Position numbers and translations under genes: made by a program. Below are positions 1 through 10,167 of a stretch of 64,000 nucleotides of DNA, piece after piece. Source of the stretch: a virus (lineage: Duplodnaviria > Caudoviricetes); the IMG/VR virus record IMGVR_UViG_3300044719_000048, positions 96,001-160,000 of that record; one strand, written 5' to 3'. Each line of letters begins with the position of its first letter. Within the stretch, counting starts at the first letter, position 1. The notes beneath the pieces were generated by a model that was given only the letters and a program-made list of their open reading frames with translations, was not told the origin of the DNA and made no database searches.

Positions 1-256
1 TGAACAGCTGCGTGGGTAGTTTCTGCCGGTCGTTGGATGTGAACTTGGCGGAGGCTTTCAGCGTCTGCCGCGCCACGATCTTGCACAGGTAGCCTTTGAA
101 GAACTCGGGACACTCCAATGCTATAGGCTCCAGCGCCTTCCACAGAAAGTGGTTCAGGGTCTGCAGGTATTGCAGACTCGTGTAATTGGTACTGATGGAC
201 TCGCGTATGGTCTTGAGGGATTCAAACGCCCTCGAATGTTCGTACTGGGCCGCCAT
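1..256 (-). CDS. Hypothetical protein, 5' part only (MAAQYEHSRAFESLK...), runs off window start
   Basis: ATG at 256 overlaps the stop of the upstream ORF; frame stays open to position 1. Confidence 0.7.
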   Translation of the reverse strand, partial: MAAQYEHSRAFESLKTIRESISTNYTSLQYLQTLNHFLWKALEPIALECPEFFKGYLCKIVARQTLKASAKFTSNDRQKLPTQLF

Positions 257-681
257 CAGAGGGTTCCTGGTGGGAGCTTAGGACGAATGCGCTCCACCAG
301 AGCAACCATGTGCTTGCAGAGCGAGTTCCTGAGCTTGGGATTGGTAGTGCTCGGGGGTTCACCATTCGAGTACTCGATGACGGCGGCATCTTTAGCAGCG
401 TTGGCGAATTCCCAGCGGAACGTGTTGTCCTCGCACGAGCACGCGCAGTGGACGTTCAGCTTCTTGTCGATGAACGTGATGACCGTGATGTGGTGGTTCG
501 GATTCTGAGTCCGCACGAGCTTGCCCTGCGCGTTGACCCTGTGAGTCGAGTACGACTTGCACGCCACGTAGCCCAGACCGTTTTTCAGATGGCCGGTCTT
601 CACGCCGACGAGCTTCACGTAGCGCGCTCTGTGCTTGCGTTCGTCGTCCGTCTTTGCCATGAATCGTTTCAGTGTCAGCAT
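256..681 (-). CDS. SWIM-type zinc-finger protein
   Basis: CSC...CKH pattern (CACSCED...LCKHMVAL). Confidence 0.7.
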   Translation of the reverse strand: MLTLKRFMAKTDDERKHRARYVKLVGVKTGHLKNGLGYVACKSYSTHRVNAQGKLVRTQNPNHHITVITFIDKKLNVHCACSCEDNTFRWEFANAAKDAAVIEYSNGEPPSTTNPKLRNSLCKHMVALVERIRPKLPPGTL

Positions 682-682
682 C

Positions 683-1174
683 TCAACCTCCCTTAGCAGA
701 ATCCATGAAATTCAGGCTAGGTGCGCGACCCCATCCGTGTAGGCACGCCACCAGCGGATCACGGAAGGGCAGAACGACTGTTGGAGAGACAGGCGCTCGG
801 TGGTCGTCTGCCATGAGGTGTTGGCCTTCGACAGGTTGTCGCGCAGCTGGCTTCACCGGAGCGCCGTCCCAATCGGTAGGAAGCAGCTTCGTGGCTCTCT
901 CATAGGCGTCTTCGGTGATCTTGAACATCTTGAAGCCGGGACCGGCTGCGACGCGTGTGGTGTCGTAGTGCGAGAACTTCACCAGCCCCAGCTCAAGGAA
1001 CTCATTGAGGAATTCCCTGCCGGTAGAGGTCGACATGTCGAGATATGCGGCCACGTCTTCTGAGGAAGCAGTGCCCTGCTCCTCTACGTATTTCAGAGCG
1101 CGCAGCATGTTGACGTTGCGCAGCGCAGTGGCTTTCGTGAACTTGGTTCGTTGAGCGGCTTTAGGACGAGGCAT
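683..1174 (-). CDS. Winged-helix DNA-binding protein
   Basis: SSEDVAAYLDMSTSTGREFLNEFLELGLV HTH; likely start MPRPK; C-terminal RDPLVA motif. Confidence 0.65.
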   Translation of the reverse strand: MPRPKAAQRTKFTKATALRNVNMLRALKYVEEQGTASSEDVAAYLDMSTSTGREFLNEFLELGLVKFSHYDTTRVAAGPGFKMFKITEDAYERATKLLPTDWDGAPVKPAARQPVEGQHLMADDHRAPVSPTVVLPFRDPLVACLHGWGRAPSLNFMDSAKGG

Positions 1175-1619
1175 GTTGGCTCCGATGAAAGATGACAGAG
1201 GGTGCGATGCCACTCCCCATCAGGTATGCGACGAGTGGATCACGGCGAACATTGCACGGCTCCCACTCCTTCACGGGCTCTGCCGATTTAGGAGTTTCCG
1301 GCCGCCCGGACGTATGAGAGATCTCAAGGTCCAGTGGAAGTTCCCTGTTGAGGTCCGCCTCTGTGTAGGCAGTCACGCTGTACTTCTTGCGTGCGTCTTT
1401 ACCTTTCGTAGTACCTGAGACCCTAACGAGTTCACACGTCATAAGGTTGAGCACGATCTTGCTGCACTTCGAGGGGCTCCACTTATGTACTGAGTGAATG
1501 TCCTCCTTCGTCACGCCTGGGTTCTCTTTGATGAAGGCCAGGACCTTGCGCAGGTCCCGGATGCGAGCCAGAGTCGCTTTGTTGATGCGACCGAGTTTGA
1601 GTTTCGACTCGCTGGTCAT
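1161..1619 (-). CDS. Winged-helix DNA-binding protein, paralogue of 683-1174
   Basis: ENPGVTKEDI...SKIVLNLMTCELV HTH-like segment; shared RDPLVAxLxGxGxAPS tail. Confidence 0.6.
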   Translation of the reverse strand: MTSESKLKLGRINKATLARIRDLRKVLAFIKENPGVTKEDIHSVHKWSPSKCSKIVLNLMTCELVRVSGTTKGKDARKKYSVTAYTEADLNRELPLDLEISHTSGRPETPKSAEPVKEWEPCNVRRDPLVAYLMGSGIAPSVIFHRSQHASS

Positions 1620-2674
1620 TTGAGGCCTCTTTTTGCCCGGAGCTTCCGGATGCGGAGGGTCTCCTGAGAGGAATGGATCATCTTCTCTGCATCGCGAATA
1701 TAGTCGGCGCCGACCTTCCTCATGCCGAGCTCACGTTCAACGCACGAACGCACTAGCGACTTGAGGACAGTGCCTTCGTGGAAGGTCATGTTGAGGGCCT
1801 CTATAAGGTCTTCGACCTCGAAGACATAGGGCTTGCGTTCGGGTCGCTTCGGATTGTCTATGGGGACGCAGTAGTAGTTGACGTTACCGCCGCTATTCTC
1901 CTCTTTGAATTCACGGCGCTCGTGCTGTCGGCGATCCTCGCTGGTGTCAACGAAGGTCGTACCAGGGCAGGGCACAGGTTTAGCCGCGAGCACGTACGAA
2001 GATGGCTGCTGAGTACCTTTGTCAGGTGGAGGTAATACACTGACAGAACCACCACTTGGTAGCACAGTGGTCTGGGCATCCACCCTGTCGGTAAGCTCAG
2101 CAGCCGACTTGGTCGTCGGTTCGTAACCTTTCGTACTACCGTCAAGACATAGCGGAGCCAGGTTCATAGACGTGTCGCTGGTCAACGCAACGGGCGAGTC
2201 TGACGCAAGGATGTCGATGCTTGCCGTATTGCGAGCCGCTGTGCCAGCTATGGATTCCGCTATCCTTTGCGTCACGTACTCACCTGGGCGCAATTCCTCA
2301 GCCGCAGTGGTAGTGACGATGCCTAAACAGGTTCCAGTGCCTTCGATAGACCTTGTCATAGCCAGTTGCTCAGAGGGGCGCACCCCCGCGTCTACCGTGC
2401 CCACACCCTCAACCGGCTCGTTTGTGCGTAGGCTATCGACCATATCAGGCGTGAGTACCACCGCTGACATAGACACGATTCCCACACTCGCGTCCTGAAT
2501 TCGTTTCCTCATCTCGTCGGTCACAGGCACCCATCGAGTACCGCACGGCGTACGCACGATCTGTCGATTATCTCCATTCGTGTGCGTAATCTCTTCCTTG
2601 TAGCAGTTGATTTCGGCCAGCGTGCCGTCCTTGTTCAGCCGACCCGTTGGCAGACCGTCTTTCAATTCACTCAT
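1616..2674 (-). CDS. Hypothetical protein with C-terminal DUF3310-like domain
   Basis: SGGNVNYY...EVEDLIEALNMTFHEGTVLK resembles phage DUF3310 proteins; Thr/Ser-rich N-terminal region. Confidence 0.55.
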   Translation of the reverse strand: MSELKDGLPTGRLNKDGTLAEINCYKEEITHTNGDNRQIVRTPCGTRWVPVTDEMRKRIQDASVGIVSMSAVVLTPDMVDSLRTNEPVEGVGTVDAGVRPSEQLAMTRSIEGTGTCLGIVTTTAAEELRPGEYVTQRIAESIAGTAARNTASIDILASDSPVALTSDTSMNLAPLCLDGSTKGYEPTTKSAAELTDRVDAQTTVLPSGGSVSVLPPPDKGTQQPSSYVLAAKPVPCPGTTFVDTSEDRRQHERREFKEENSGGNVNYYCVPIDNPKRPERKPYVFEVEDLIEALNMTFHEGTVLKSLVRSCVERELGMRKVGADYIRDAEKMIHSSQETLRIRKLRAKRGLK

Positions 2675-3194
2675 TTGTCTCTCCTTTGATTCCTAAGTAT
2701 TCACGCCACGGAACTTTCTTGTCATCGACCTTGAAGCCCCATGTACCACGCTTCTTCCACGTGATGAACAGGGTCCACACTCCATCGTCAGGTACTCCCA
2801 CTATTCGGTGGAATTCGCCGAACTTGAGGCTTGCCGTAGTGCCTTGAGTGCGGAAGTAGAAATGCGTACGGCAGCGCGCTGGGCAGTCTTGGACCTCCCG
2901 TTCCTCCCTGTACCAGCTGCGCAGAATGAAGGTCCGCACGTTCCACGGATGATCGTGCAAGTGAAGATCAGGGTCCGGCATGCGTATGCAGTGGACACGA
3001 ATGCTCGGCAGCAGGGTCTTCCACCAGCGCTTCTCGTCATCGCCGGTCGGATAGGGGTTGAACAGCCAATAGCGCTCCATGTAGAGAGCGCCCTTGAGCC
3101 TGATGTGACTGTACGGCCGCCGCTGCGTCTTTTGGATCAACCAGTCGGCAACCATCGGACGAGCCAGTGTTCTTGCGAGAATGTTCCAAAGCAT
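2667..3194 (-). CDS. Cupin-like phage protein
   Basis: HLHDHPW ... FHRI metal-binding cupin pattern. Confidence 0.55.
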   Translation of the reverse strand: MLWNILARTLARPMVADWLIQKTQRRPYSHIRLKGALYMERYWLFNPYPTGDDEKRWWKTLLPSIRVHCIRMPDPDLHLHDHPWNVRTFILRSWYREEREVQDCPARCRTHFYFRTQGTTASLKFGEFHRIVGVPDDGVWTLFITWKKRGTWGFKVDDKKVPWREYLGIKGETNE

Positions 3195-3202
3195 AGATGC
3201 TC

Positions 3203-3730
3203 CTATAGGGCGTAACGCTCACGGATGAACCATAGAGGTCCCAGGTGGAAGACCCAACTCCAGACCTTGCGGCCGTCGTGTCCATCGTAGTCGTAAATGA
3301 CCAGGCGAGGGCGACTCCAGTTCCTGAGCCTTTTCGACAGGCGGAGGTCCCACATGCTCAGATCAAAAATCGAATCGTTCGCACGGGCTTTGGCCTCGCG
3401 GTCATCGGTAGAAGTGCCTGCACCACGCATATCCGTTACGACGATCACGAACTGGGCGTCGGTCACGATAACCGATTCGCCCATGCCTACCTTGATCGAC
3501 TCCCGCACCGTGTCGTCAACGCTGTCGGCAAGTTCGCTGATCACGTCATCGGCTTTCTTGTTGGGATGAGAATAACGAGCACCGATCCAGAATGGTGCAG
3601 TGGTGTCGATCTTGATACTGGTGCAGAGCAGGCGTTCGATGTTCAATTCGCCACGAAGATACGATTCACGGATCGAGGTCAACCGTTCGGGGCTGTTGCG
3701 TCCTGGCACGCGGATATGAGTGAGCTTCAT
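3203..3730 (-). CDS. Hypothetical protein
   Basis: 175-aa ORF coupled to folA, RBS upstream. Confidence 0.6.
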   Translation of the reverse strand: MKLTHIRVPGRNSPERLTSIRESYLRGELNIERLLCTSIKIDTTAPFWIGARYSHPNKKADDVISELADSVDDTVRESIKVGMGESVIVTDAQFVIVVTDMRGAGTSTDDREAKARANDSIFDLSMWDLRLSKRLRNWSRPRLVIYDYDGHDGRKVWSWVFHLGPLWFIRERYAL

Positions 3731-4218
3731 TTCCTCTCCTTTGATTTACTGATGTAGGTGACGAAGGTGTAGTCGACCGATGCAGAAACGGACCGCTTGC
3801 GCTCGCTGCAACGCACAGCTTCCCATTGGAGTGGATCGATCTCAGGGAAGAACGTGTCGCACTCGTAGGTATTGTGGAGGTGAGTGACGATCAACTTGTC
3901 GGCCATCGGCAAGGCTTGTCGGAAGATCTCGGCGCCACCTATAATGAAGATGTCAGAATCGTCCGCGTCCTTGATAGCCGCTTCGATAGAACCATAGAGG
4001 AAGCTACTGGTCGGATTGCGGGAAACCACTAGGTTCTTACGCATAGGCAAAGGCCTGCCAATCGACTCAAAGGTCTTGCGGCCCATGATGATCGGATGGG
4101 TGAGCGTAGTGTTCCTGAAGTGCATCATGTCCTCAGGAACGTTCCACGGCAACTTGTTCTTGAAGCCGATGCCGCGCTGCTCGTCCATCGCTACGATGAT
4201 AATGATGCTTGGTTCCAT
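3727..4218 (-). CDS. folA: Dihydrofolate reductase
   Basis: IG..NKLPW..PED, IIMGRKTFESIGRPLP.R.N, IIGGAEI, DTFFP. Confidence 0.97.
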   Translation of the reverse strand: MEPSIIIIVAMDEQRGIGFKNKLPWNVPEDMMHFRNTTLTHPIIMGRKTFESIGRPLPMRKNLVVSRNPTSSFLYGSIEAAIKDADDSDIFIIGGAEIFRQALPMADKLIVTHLHNTYECDTFFPEIDPLQWEAVRCSERKRSVSASVDYTFVTYISKSKERK

Positions 4219-4227
4219 GATAGCTCC

Positions 4228-5250
4228 TTAGACGGCGACCTGGGCTTTGATGGCCGGATGTGGATCGTAGCCGACGATCTCGAAGTCCTCGAACTTGTAG
4301 TCAAAGATCGATTCGGGCTTGCGTTTGATCACCAGCTTCGGCAGCGGTTTGGGGGCACGCGACAGCTGGAGTTCGACCTGTTCCATGTGGTTGGAGTAGA
4401 TGTGTACGTCACCTCCGGTCCAGATGAATTCGCCCGCCGCCATACCCACTTGGTGGGCGATCATGTGAGTCAGCAGCGCGTAGGAAGCGATGTTGAACGG
4501 CAAACCCAAGAAGACGTCACACGACCTCTGGTAGAGCTGGCAGTCCAGTGCGCGGCGCGGAACGCCCTGATCATCGAAACGTGCGTGTGCCAACTCGACG
4601 GCGTCTTTATCATCACCGCGTAGCGCCTCCGACCAGTCGAGACTACCTCGATAAGCAGTAGGATTCGGGCTGAGGTTGTCACGCTCAGACAACGACAGCT
4701 CGCGCGTGTAGAACTGGAACAGCGCGTGGCAAGGTGGCAGCTTCATGCGTGGAATGTCGGCCACGTTCCATGCACTGACAATTAGGCGCCTGCTGTCCGG
4801 GTTGGTCTTCAGCTGATTGACGACCTCAGCAATTTGGTCGATTGACTCATGCTCGACAGGCGTACCTTCCGTAATCAGCTGCCAGCCTTCGTTATCGCGG
4901 ACCTCGTATTGGGTACCGCTGTCTCTCACCGCAACGATGTTGCCCGGCCACGAACGCCACTGATAGCCATAGATGGGACCGAGCTCGCCATTCTCGTCTG
5001 CCCACTCGTCCCAGATTGACACGCCGTTCTGCTTTAGGTACTCGATGTTGGTCTGCCCGGACAGGAACCAAATCAGCTCATGGATAATCGACTTCAGGTG
5101 GAGCTTCTTGGTCGTGACCAGCGGAAAGCCGTCTTGCAGATTGAAGCGTGTTTGGTAGCCGAAGACCGACTTGGTGCCAGTGCCGGTGCGGTCGGCCTTG
5201 AACGTACCGTTGGACAGTACGTGACGCATGAGGTCGTGGTATTGTTTCAT
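4228..5250 (-). CDS. thyA: Thymidylate synthase, with two insertions
   Basis: [47 protein letters not shown]. Confidence 0.98.
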   Translation of the reverse strand: MKQYHDLMRHVLSNGTFKADRTGTGTKSVFGYQTRFNLQDGFPLVTTKKLHLKSIIHELIWFLSGQTNIEYLKQNGVSIWDEWADENGELGPIYGYQWRSWPGNIVAVRDSGTQYEVRDNEGWQLITEGTPVEHESIDQIAEVVNQLKTNPDSRRLIVSAWNVADIPRMKLPPCHALFQFYTRELSLSERDNLSPNPTAYRGSLDWSEALRGDDKDAVELAHARFDDQGVPRRALDCQLYQRSCDVFLGLPFNIASYALLTHMIAHQVGMAAGEFIWTGGDVHIYSNHMEQVELQLSRAPKPLPKLVIKRKPESIFDYKFEDFEIVGYDPHPAIKAQVAV

Positions 5251-5576
5251 TTGTGTTCCTTGTTGGCGTTGTAGATGAAGGACGGACGCTTCGATTTGAT
5301 CCAGCGCCCTTCGACCTGGACGGCGTCTTCAACGTCGTCAAAGTTCACACTGTCGGTTGCCACTGCGTAGTTGACCTGGCAGCCTGCTACTGTTGTGTCC
5401 CCGATCTCGACGTACCAATTGGTTGAGCGACCGTTCGGCCGGATACCAAGCGTGGCCTCCGCTGTCTTGATGGCCGTCAGCGTACCCCAGATGGCCTTGT
5501 ACTGCAAACCGTCTGGAGCGTAAAACCAATTCTCGGTGGTGATGAGTACATTCTTTCCAACATAGCTCTCGTTCAC
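5247..5576 (-). CDS. Hypothetical phage protein
   Basis: Coupled ORF with RBS; WFYAPDG.QYKA.WG motif. Confidence 0.65.
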   Translation of the reverse strand: MNESYVGKNVLITTENWFYAPDGLQYKAIWGTLTAIKTAEATLGIRPNGRSTNWYVEIGDTTVAGCQVNYAVATDSVNFDDVEDAVQVEGRWIKSKRPSFIYNANKEHK

Positions 5577-5586
5577 TTAAGGCTCC

Positions 5587-5976
5587 TTATTTGGGAATGA
5601 CGATCAGGTTGACGGTCCAGTGGAAATCGAAGTAATGCGATTCTGAAGGAGCCGTAGTGTTCGGCCGAACGTACACGGCTTTCACAAGCACGTCGTCCCA
5701 GTGGTGTCTCGGATCTTCCTTGGCCGGCAACTTCAAGGACAGTGCCACTGCGCTGTTCATGAGACGCTCAAGGGCATTTATCATGTGAGGAACGACTTCC
5801 TCGGCCGAGAGGTTGCCACCGCGGCCGTAGCCGATGACGAGCTCGCGCACATCCGAATGACCGATGTTGGTGGGAGAAGACGCGTACCACACAGACAGCG
5901 GACTCAGCGAGCGCAGAACGCCGTGTTTGGCAGCCCACTCGGCAACAGCTTTGGTCGATAGTTCTTGGAAAGTCAT
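5587..5976 (-). CDS. Hypothetical protein
   Basis: Coupled ORF in operon. Confidence 0.6.
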   Translation of the reverse strand: MTFQELSTKAVAEWAAKHGVLRSLSPLSVWYASSPTNIGHSDVRELVIGYGRGGNLSAEEVVPHMINALERLMNSAVALSLKLPAKEDPRHHWDDVLVKAVYVRPNTTAPSESHYFDFHWTVNLIVIPK

Positions 5977-6320
5977 TTCGGCTCCTTGTTAGGGTAGTAG
6001 AAGCGGCGTGAATACGGCAAGATGGTGAGCATGATCGCATCGACGCGCTGCTTGATCTCGGCTATCTTGCGACGGTATTCCTCGACCTCAGGTCCACTCA
6101 AGATGAGACGCGCAAAGCCGGGACTTGCCAGTTGGTCTTGCATATGCAGTACTAAGGCAGCGCCGACTGCTTCGAGACCTTTTGGGCGTGGTGCATAATG
6201 TTGAATGCACCGCTCGATGTAGGCCTTATAGGCCTTCGACTTGTAAGAGCCCTTGAGTCGATCACACAAAGCCTCTCGGAGCTGACGCTGGAAGCGCCGT
6301 TCCATCACGTCTACTTGCAT
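5973..6320 (-). CDS. Hypothetical protein
   Basis: Coupled ORF in operon. Confidence 0.55.
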   Translation of the reverse strand: MQVDVMERRFQRQLREALCDRLKGSYKSKAYKAYIERCIQHYAPRPKGLEAVGAALVLHMQDQLASPGFARLILSGPEVEEYRRKIAEIKQRVDAIMLTILPYSRRFYYPNKEPK

Positions 6321-6754
6321 ACTTCCTCCACTGTCGTGACGCCGCGATCAACCAGATAGGCCCATGCCATCTCTCGCGACCAATCGAACAAAAAGTTCTG
6401 CTGCGGGCATCCCCATTCGCCTGACTCGTAGTAGAGGGGCAGTGCGCAGCGCGCAACCTCCATGCCGCGTACGATGTAGGATGGAGGACCTTCGTAGGTT
6501 GTCCAAGGCGTAATCAGCGTCACGTCCTGTACTTCCCGTGGAGACTGCGGGTCGGACACTACTAGCTCAAATCGGTGCCCACCTTCGCGCAGCATGTGCC
6601 GGAGGGCAAAGAATACTGGAGTGTTCTCGTACAAGAGTTTCCAGCGAAAACTCGCGTCATCGAACGGAGCGTACTTCAGGCGCTTTGCGGTCTCATCGAA
6701 CATTCCCATAGACCGGGAGCTGTGAATCATGAACTTCAGGTAGTCAGGTGTCAT
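6311..6754 (-). CDS. Hypothetical protein
   Basis: Coupled ORF in operon. Confidence 0.55.
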   Translation of the reverse strand: MTPDYLKFMIHSSRSMGMFDETAKRLKYAPFDDASFRWKLLYENTPVFFALRHMLREGGHRFELVVSDPQSPREVQDVTLITPWTTYEGPPSYIVRGMEVARCALPLYYESGEWGCPQQNFLFDWSREMAWAYLVDRGVTTVEEVCK

Positions 6755-6966
6755 TCAGGCCTCTTGCAGGAATCGGGATCGAGTGTGTGCGTGCCGCACT
6801 CAGGGCAAGGAAGTCTCGACACGAATGCGACCTGAGTGCCGCTGAATTTCGTGTGCGAGACAAACGCATGGCCCTTGATGCACCGAGTCTCCACTTCAGG
6901 AAGACCTTCGCTCTCCGACCAATCCTCACTCGTCGTCTTTGGTTTTGTCACGATTGGCTTTCGCAT
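6751..6966 (-). CDS. Small zinc-ribbon-like protein
   Basis: CIKGH...CPECG. Confidence 0.5.
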   Translation of the reverse strand: MRKPIVTKPKTTSEDWSESEGLPEVETRCIKGHAFVSHTKFSGTQVAFVSRLPCPECGTHTLDPDSCKRPE

Positions 6967-7948
6967 AAGAGATCGAACGTTCCATCAGCTTGACGATCGG
7001 CTCAGGCAGCTTCTTCTTCACCATGTAGAAGGCAAAGCATTCGGCGAACAGCTCCTTGAAGTTGACCGTCGCGTAGTCTGACACGATAGGCGCCAGCTCT
7101 TTGTGGCTGATATTGCGGACCGGCCAGACCTTCGCCACCTCGTCCTTCATGTCGGCCTCGAACAAGATGTCCAAATCCTGTATCGATAAGCCGTTGACCT
7201 GTTGGATCGTGCGGATCAGCCACTTGAACGCCAGTGCGTCCTCTTCATCGAGACCGCGCTTGAAGTCAGACGGAGGTTCCTCGCCACCGATCAAGGCGTC
7301 CAGTAACTGTTGTGACTTGTCCTTCTTGATCGTGTCCACGCGAATCGACGTGTTGAACAGCTTGAGCCAAGAAGCGTTCAGCTTCTTGGCAGGCTTGCAG
7401 TAGTCGAGGTGCAGATTGTGCCCGAGCTCGTGATACCACACGTACTGATACTCGGAGGCAGGCATGATCTCGGGGCGAATCTGAATACGCTTCGGTAGCT
7501 TCTCGTTCTTCGACTTCAGAAACCTCCCTGCGAACTTCTCGCCGTTGTACGGCAGGACTTCAAAGATCATATTGTCGAGGAGGAACAGCAGATCTTGTCG
7601 CTTGAGGCGTTCGGCCACCTTGTCCATCGATTCTTTGAGGTCTGCCAGCACTTGCTTATCCGGCCGATAGAAGAAGTGCACGTCCCCGAACTTGTCGTGG
7701 GTCAGTCGCTTTCGATGCAACGTACCCACGTCGTAGCCATAGACCTTGCCGGGGTGTGGGTCAGAGCCCAAGTTCAGCACCACGTCAGAGAGGGCCACCG
7801 TCATAGTGTGGCGAAGACCCTGAACGTGGCAATCCTTTTCCAGTACAGCTTCTACCGACCTCGAGTCGGAGTCTGCCAAGGCCTTGAACAGATAGTCCTT
7901 GCCTTGGTCTTGCTTGGCGATACCATAGTCGCCTTTGCGCATCTTCAT
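6926..7948 (-). CDS. Putative zincin-type metallopeptidase
   Basis: WYHELGH (HExxH) with downstream YA...ELFAECF third-ligand pattern. Confidence 0.65.
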   Translation of the reverse strand: MKMRKGDYGIAKQDQGKDYLFKALADSDSRSVEAVLEKDCHVQGLRHTMTVALSDVVLNLGSDPHPGKVYGYDVGTLHRKRLTHDKFGDVHFFYRPDKQVLADLKESMDKVAERLKRQDLLFLLDNMIFEVLPYNGEKFAGRFLKSKNEKLPKRIQIRPEIMPASEYQYVWYHELGHNLHLDYCKPAKKLNASWLKLFNTSIRVDTIKKDKSQQLLDALIGGEEPPSDFKRGLDEEDALAFKWLIRTIQQVNGLSIQDLDILFEADMKDEVAKVWPVRNISHKELAPIVSDYATVNFKELFAECFAFYMVKKKLPEPIVKLMERSISYAKANRDKTKDDE

Positions 7949-7960
7949 TCGATACCCCTA

Positions 7961-7995
7961 AAGAAAAAGCCCAGCCCTGTTAAGGACCGGGCTTT
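7961..7995 (-). terminator. Probable intrinsic terminator
   Basis: AAAGCCC/GGGCTTT stem followed by a U-run on the minus strand. Confidence 0.55.
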
Positions 7996-8008
7996 GGTTG
8001 GCAGCTGC

Positions 8009-8929
8009 TTAGTGTGCGGCCACTTCGACTTGCACAGCGACCGGCGGCGTGGCGACTTCTGTGAAGGCGACGGTTTCCGGTTCGGTAGAGGCTTCGATTT
8101 CGGCCAGCTCCACGTCAGCGGCGGCCTCTTCAGCAGAAACGACTTGCGGCTCTGCTACGGGCGCAGTAGTCGACGTTTCCGGTGCGTAGGTGGTGAAGAT
8201 CACCTGGTACATGTGGCTTCCGTAGAAGACACACGGGTAGACGCCGAGGAACTCGTTCCAGTTCACGTGTACGGGAGCGCCCTCGATTTCGATCTCGAAC
8301 GTGAAAATCGACTTGCCACTCTGTTCCGACGACGGCGAGAACGCAGCAATCAAGGCGTCGCGCGTGATGCCCTTCTCGGAACGGATGAACAGCGAATGCT
8401 GAACCGAACGAGGGGAAGTTCCAGGCGACTGCTGATACGACGAGACGGCCTGCGCCAGATACTCGGCGTCGAGGACCGAAGGCAGGTCTGACGACGGAAT
8501 GAGCTTCACGATCGGACCTGCGTTGTCCGTGGAATCGCTGCCGTAGTCGTCTTTCTGGAGTTCTTGGCCGTCGGATTGAGTGCCGTCATCGTCACCCAGG
8601 TCTTCTCCGTCCTCGATGACCAGCTCATCTTCATCGGAGTTCAGATCGAGGGCGTCTTCGCTGTCGGAGTTGCTGATAGCCAGCAGGTTCATCAGACGGG
8701 CTTCCAGTTCCGGGTCGACCATATGGAACTTGCGCTTGTTCAGGAAGCGGTCGATGTCGCAGCTCAGAACGTTGTTGTTCTCGTCGGCATACACGACCTG
8801 TGCCGGATACTGCTTGCGCACCTTTTCGGGCAGAGCCATGTTGGTCAGGAACAGGAAGCGCGCTTCGCGGCCGTCCTCACGGACGAAGATGGAACCGGGG
8901 GTCAGGAAATCCAGATCAGCAATGTTCAT
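8009..8929 (-). CDS. Acidic hypothetical protein
   Basis: 306-aa D/E-rich ORF with its own AGTAAATA motif upstream and terminator downstream. Confidence 0.75.
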   Translation of the reverse strand: MNIADLDFLTPGSIFVREDGREARFLFLTNMALPEKVRKQYPAQVVYADENNNVLSCDIDRFLNKRKFHMVDPELEARLMNLLAISNSDSEDALDLNSDEDELVIEDGEDLGDDDGTQSDGQELQKDDYGSDSTDNAGPIVKLIPSSDLPSVLDAEYLAQAVSSYQQSPGTSPRSVQHSLFIRSEKGITRDALIAAFSPSSEQSGKSIFTFEIEIEGAPVHVNWNEFLGVYPCVFYGSHMYQVIFTTYAPETSTTAPVAEPQVVSAEEAAADVELAEIEASTEPETVAFTEVATPPVAVQVEVAAH

Positions 8930-8963
8930 TTAATCCTCATAGGGTTAGGGTAATTACGGACTT

Positions 8964-8971
8964 TATTTACT
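8964..8971 (-). promoter_or_regulatory. AGTAAATA putative phage promoter
   Basis: Recurrent octamer, intergenic, co-oriented with the gene. Confidence 0.6.
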
Positions 8972-8988
8972 AGTGCGCGTGTCGCACT

Positions 8989-9477
8989 CTAGAAAGGACC
9001 CGGCTGCGTCTGCCAGCAGGTGATACCACGTTCACGCCACATCGCAACGGTCGAATCGCGGTCTTCGATGACCAGCAGGATGCGGTCGAGCGAGTAGCCA
9101 GCCTCTTCGATCAGGCGGGGCTTGAGCACAGTGTCGTGCTCCTTCTCACTGTCGAGTGGACGCATCAGCAACTTGGACTGATCGATCTGAAAGCCGAACA
9201 GCTCTTGCAGCTGCAGGGTCGTGTACTCGCGGCAAAGCTCAGAACGGCCGGTGACGAACAAGTATTCCAGAGACTGGGTGTCTCGTACCATGTCGAGGAA
9301 CATCCCATACACGACATGCCCTGCCGGAATCGTCTTGTCCGTGTGGTACAGATTGTCGTATGTCTCGCGGTCGCCATTCAGGAAATGTGGGAGACGCTCC
9401 TCCGAATCTACGAGACACCCATCGATGTCCAAGATGATCAGGTTCTTTTGGGTTTGGGTGATCTGTACGTGGTTCAT
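8989..9477 (-). CDS. HAD-superfamily phosphatase (polynucleotide kinase 3'-phosphatase-like)
   Basis: [17 protein letters not shown]...K, IEDR...VAMWR..GITC. Confidence 0.85.
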   Translation of the reverse strand: MNHVQITQTQKNLIILDIDGCLVDSEERLPHFLNGDRETYDNLYHTDKTIPAGHVVYGMFLDMVRDTQSLEYLFVTGRSELCREYTTLQLQELFGFQIDQSKLLMRPLDSEKEHDTVLKPRLIEEAGYSLDRILLVIEDRDSTVAMWRERGITCWQTQPGPF

Positions 9478-10157
9478 TTATGGCTCAGGGTAACGAACTC
9501 GGAACGAGTTTCGGGATTGCGGAAAGCGCCGCCGACCTTGGACGTCACCGTATCGGAACAGGCGTCTTCCACGCCGCGCGTTTTCACGCACATATGTTCG
9601 GCTTCGATGATGACGGCAACGTCTTCGGTTTCCAGAATGAAGCACAGGGCGGCGTGAATCTGTGCGGTCAAGCGCTCCTGCACTTGCGGGCGGGCAGCAA
9701 AGAACTGCACGATGCGATTCATCTTCGACAAGCCCAAGACCTTGGCGCCCGGAATGTACGCCACGTGAGCCTTGCCGATGATGGGCAACAAGTGGTGCTC
9801 ACACGTCGAATTCAGCGTGATGTTGCGCTCGAGCACCATCTCGTCCACGTGCATCTTGTTCTCGATGACCGTGCACTTAGGGAACTCATCGTAGTTGAGC
9901 CCCTTGAAGACCTCGTTCATGAACATTTTCGCCACGCGCGTCGGCGTCTCGCTCAGGCTGTCGTCGAGCAAGTCGAGATGCAGTTCCTCCATTATGGCGT
10001 GCACATGGCGTTCGATACGACTCAGTCGGCCAGCATCGTACTGAGCGTCCTTTACGGAAAGAGCGAGAGACTGCGGCACCTGCAACATCGGCGTTTCGAT
10101 GCCGAGCTGCTTCAGATGCTCGTTGACCAGCTTGCCCAGTTGAGGGTCGTTCTTCAT
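9474..10157 (-). CDS. folE: GTP cyclohydrolase I
   Basis: [41 protein letters not shown]. Confidence 0.97.
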   Translation of the reverse strand: MKNDPQLGKLVNEHLKQLGIETPMLQVPQSLALSVKDAQYDAGRLSRIERHVHAIMEELHLDLLDDSLSETPTRVAKMFMNEVFKGLNYDEFPKCTVIENKMHVDEMVLERNITLNSTCEHHLLPIIGKAHVAYIPGAKVLGLSKMNRIVQFFAARPQVQERLTAQIHAALCFILETEDVAVIIEAEHMCVKTRGVEDACSDTVTSKVGGAFRNPETRSEFVTLSHK

Positions 10158-10167
10158 GTTGTTCCTT

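Noticed and set aside
4228-5250. ThyA as a pyrimidine hydroxymethylase for DNA modification
   Set aside because: It keeps the canonical dUMP-specific motifs ([14 protein letters not shown]) and sits beside folA; the two insertions are in-frame and show no intein or intron features
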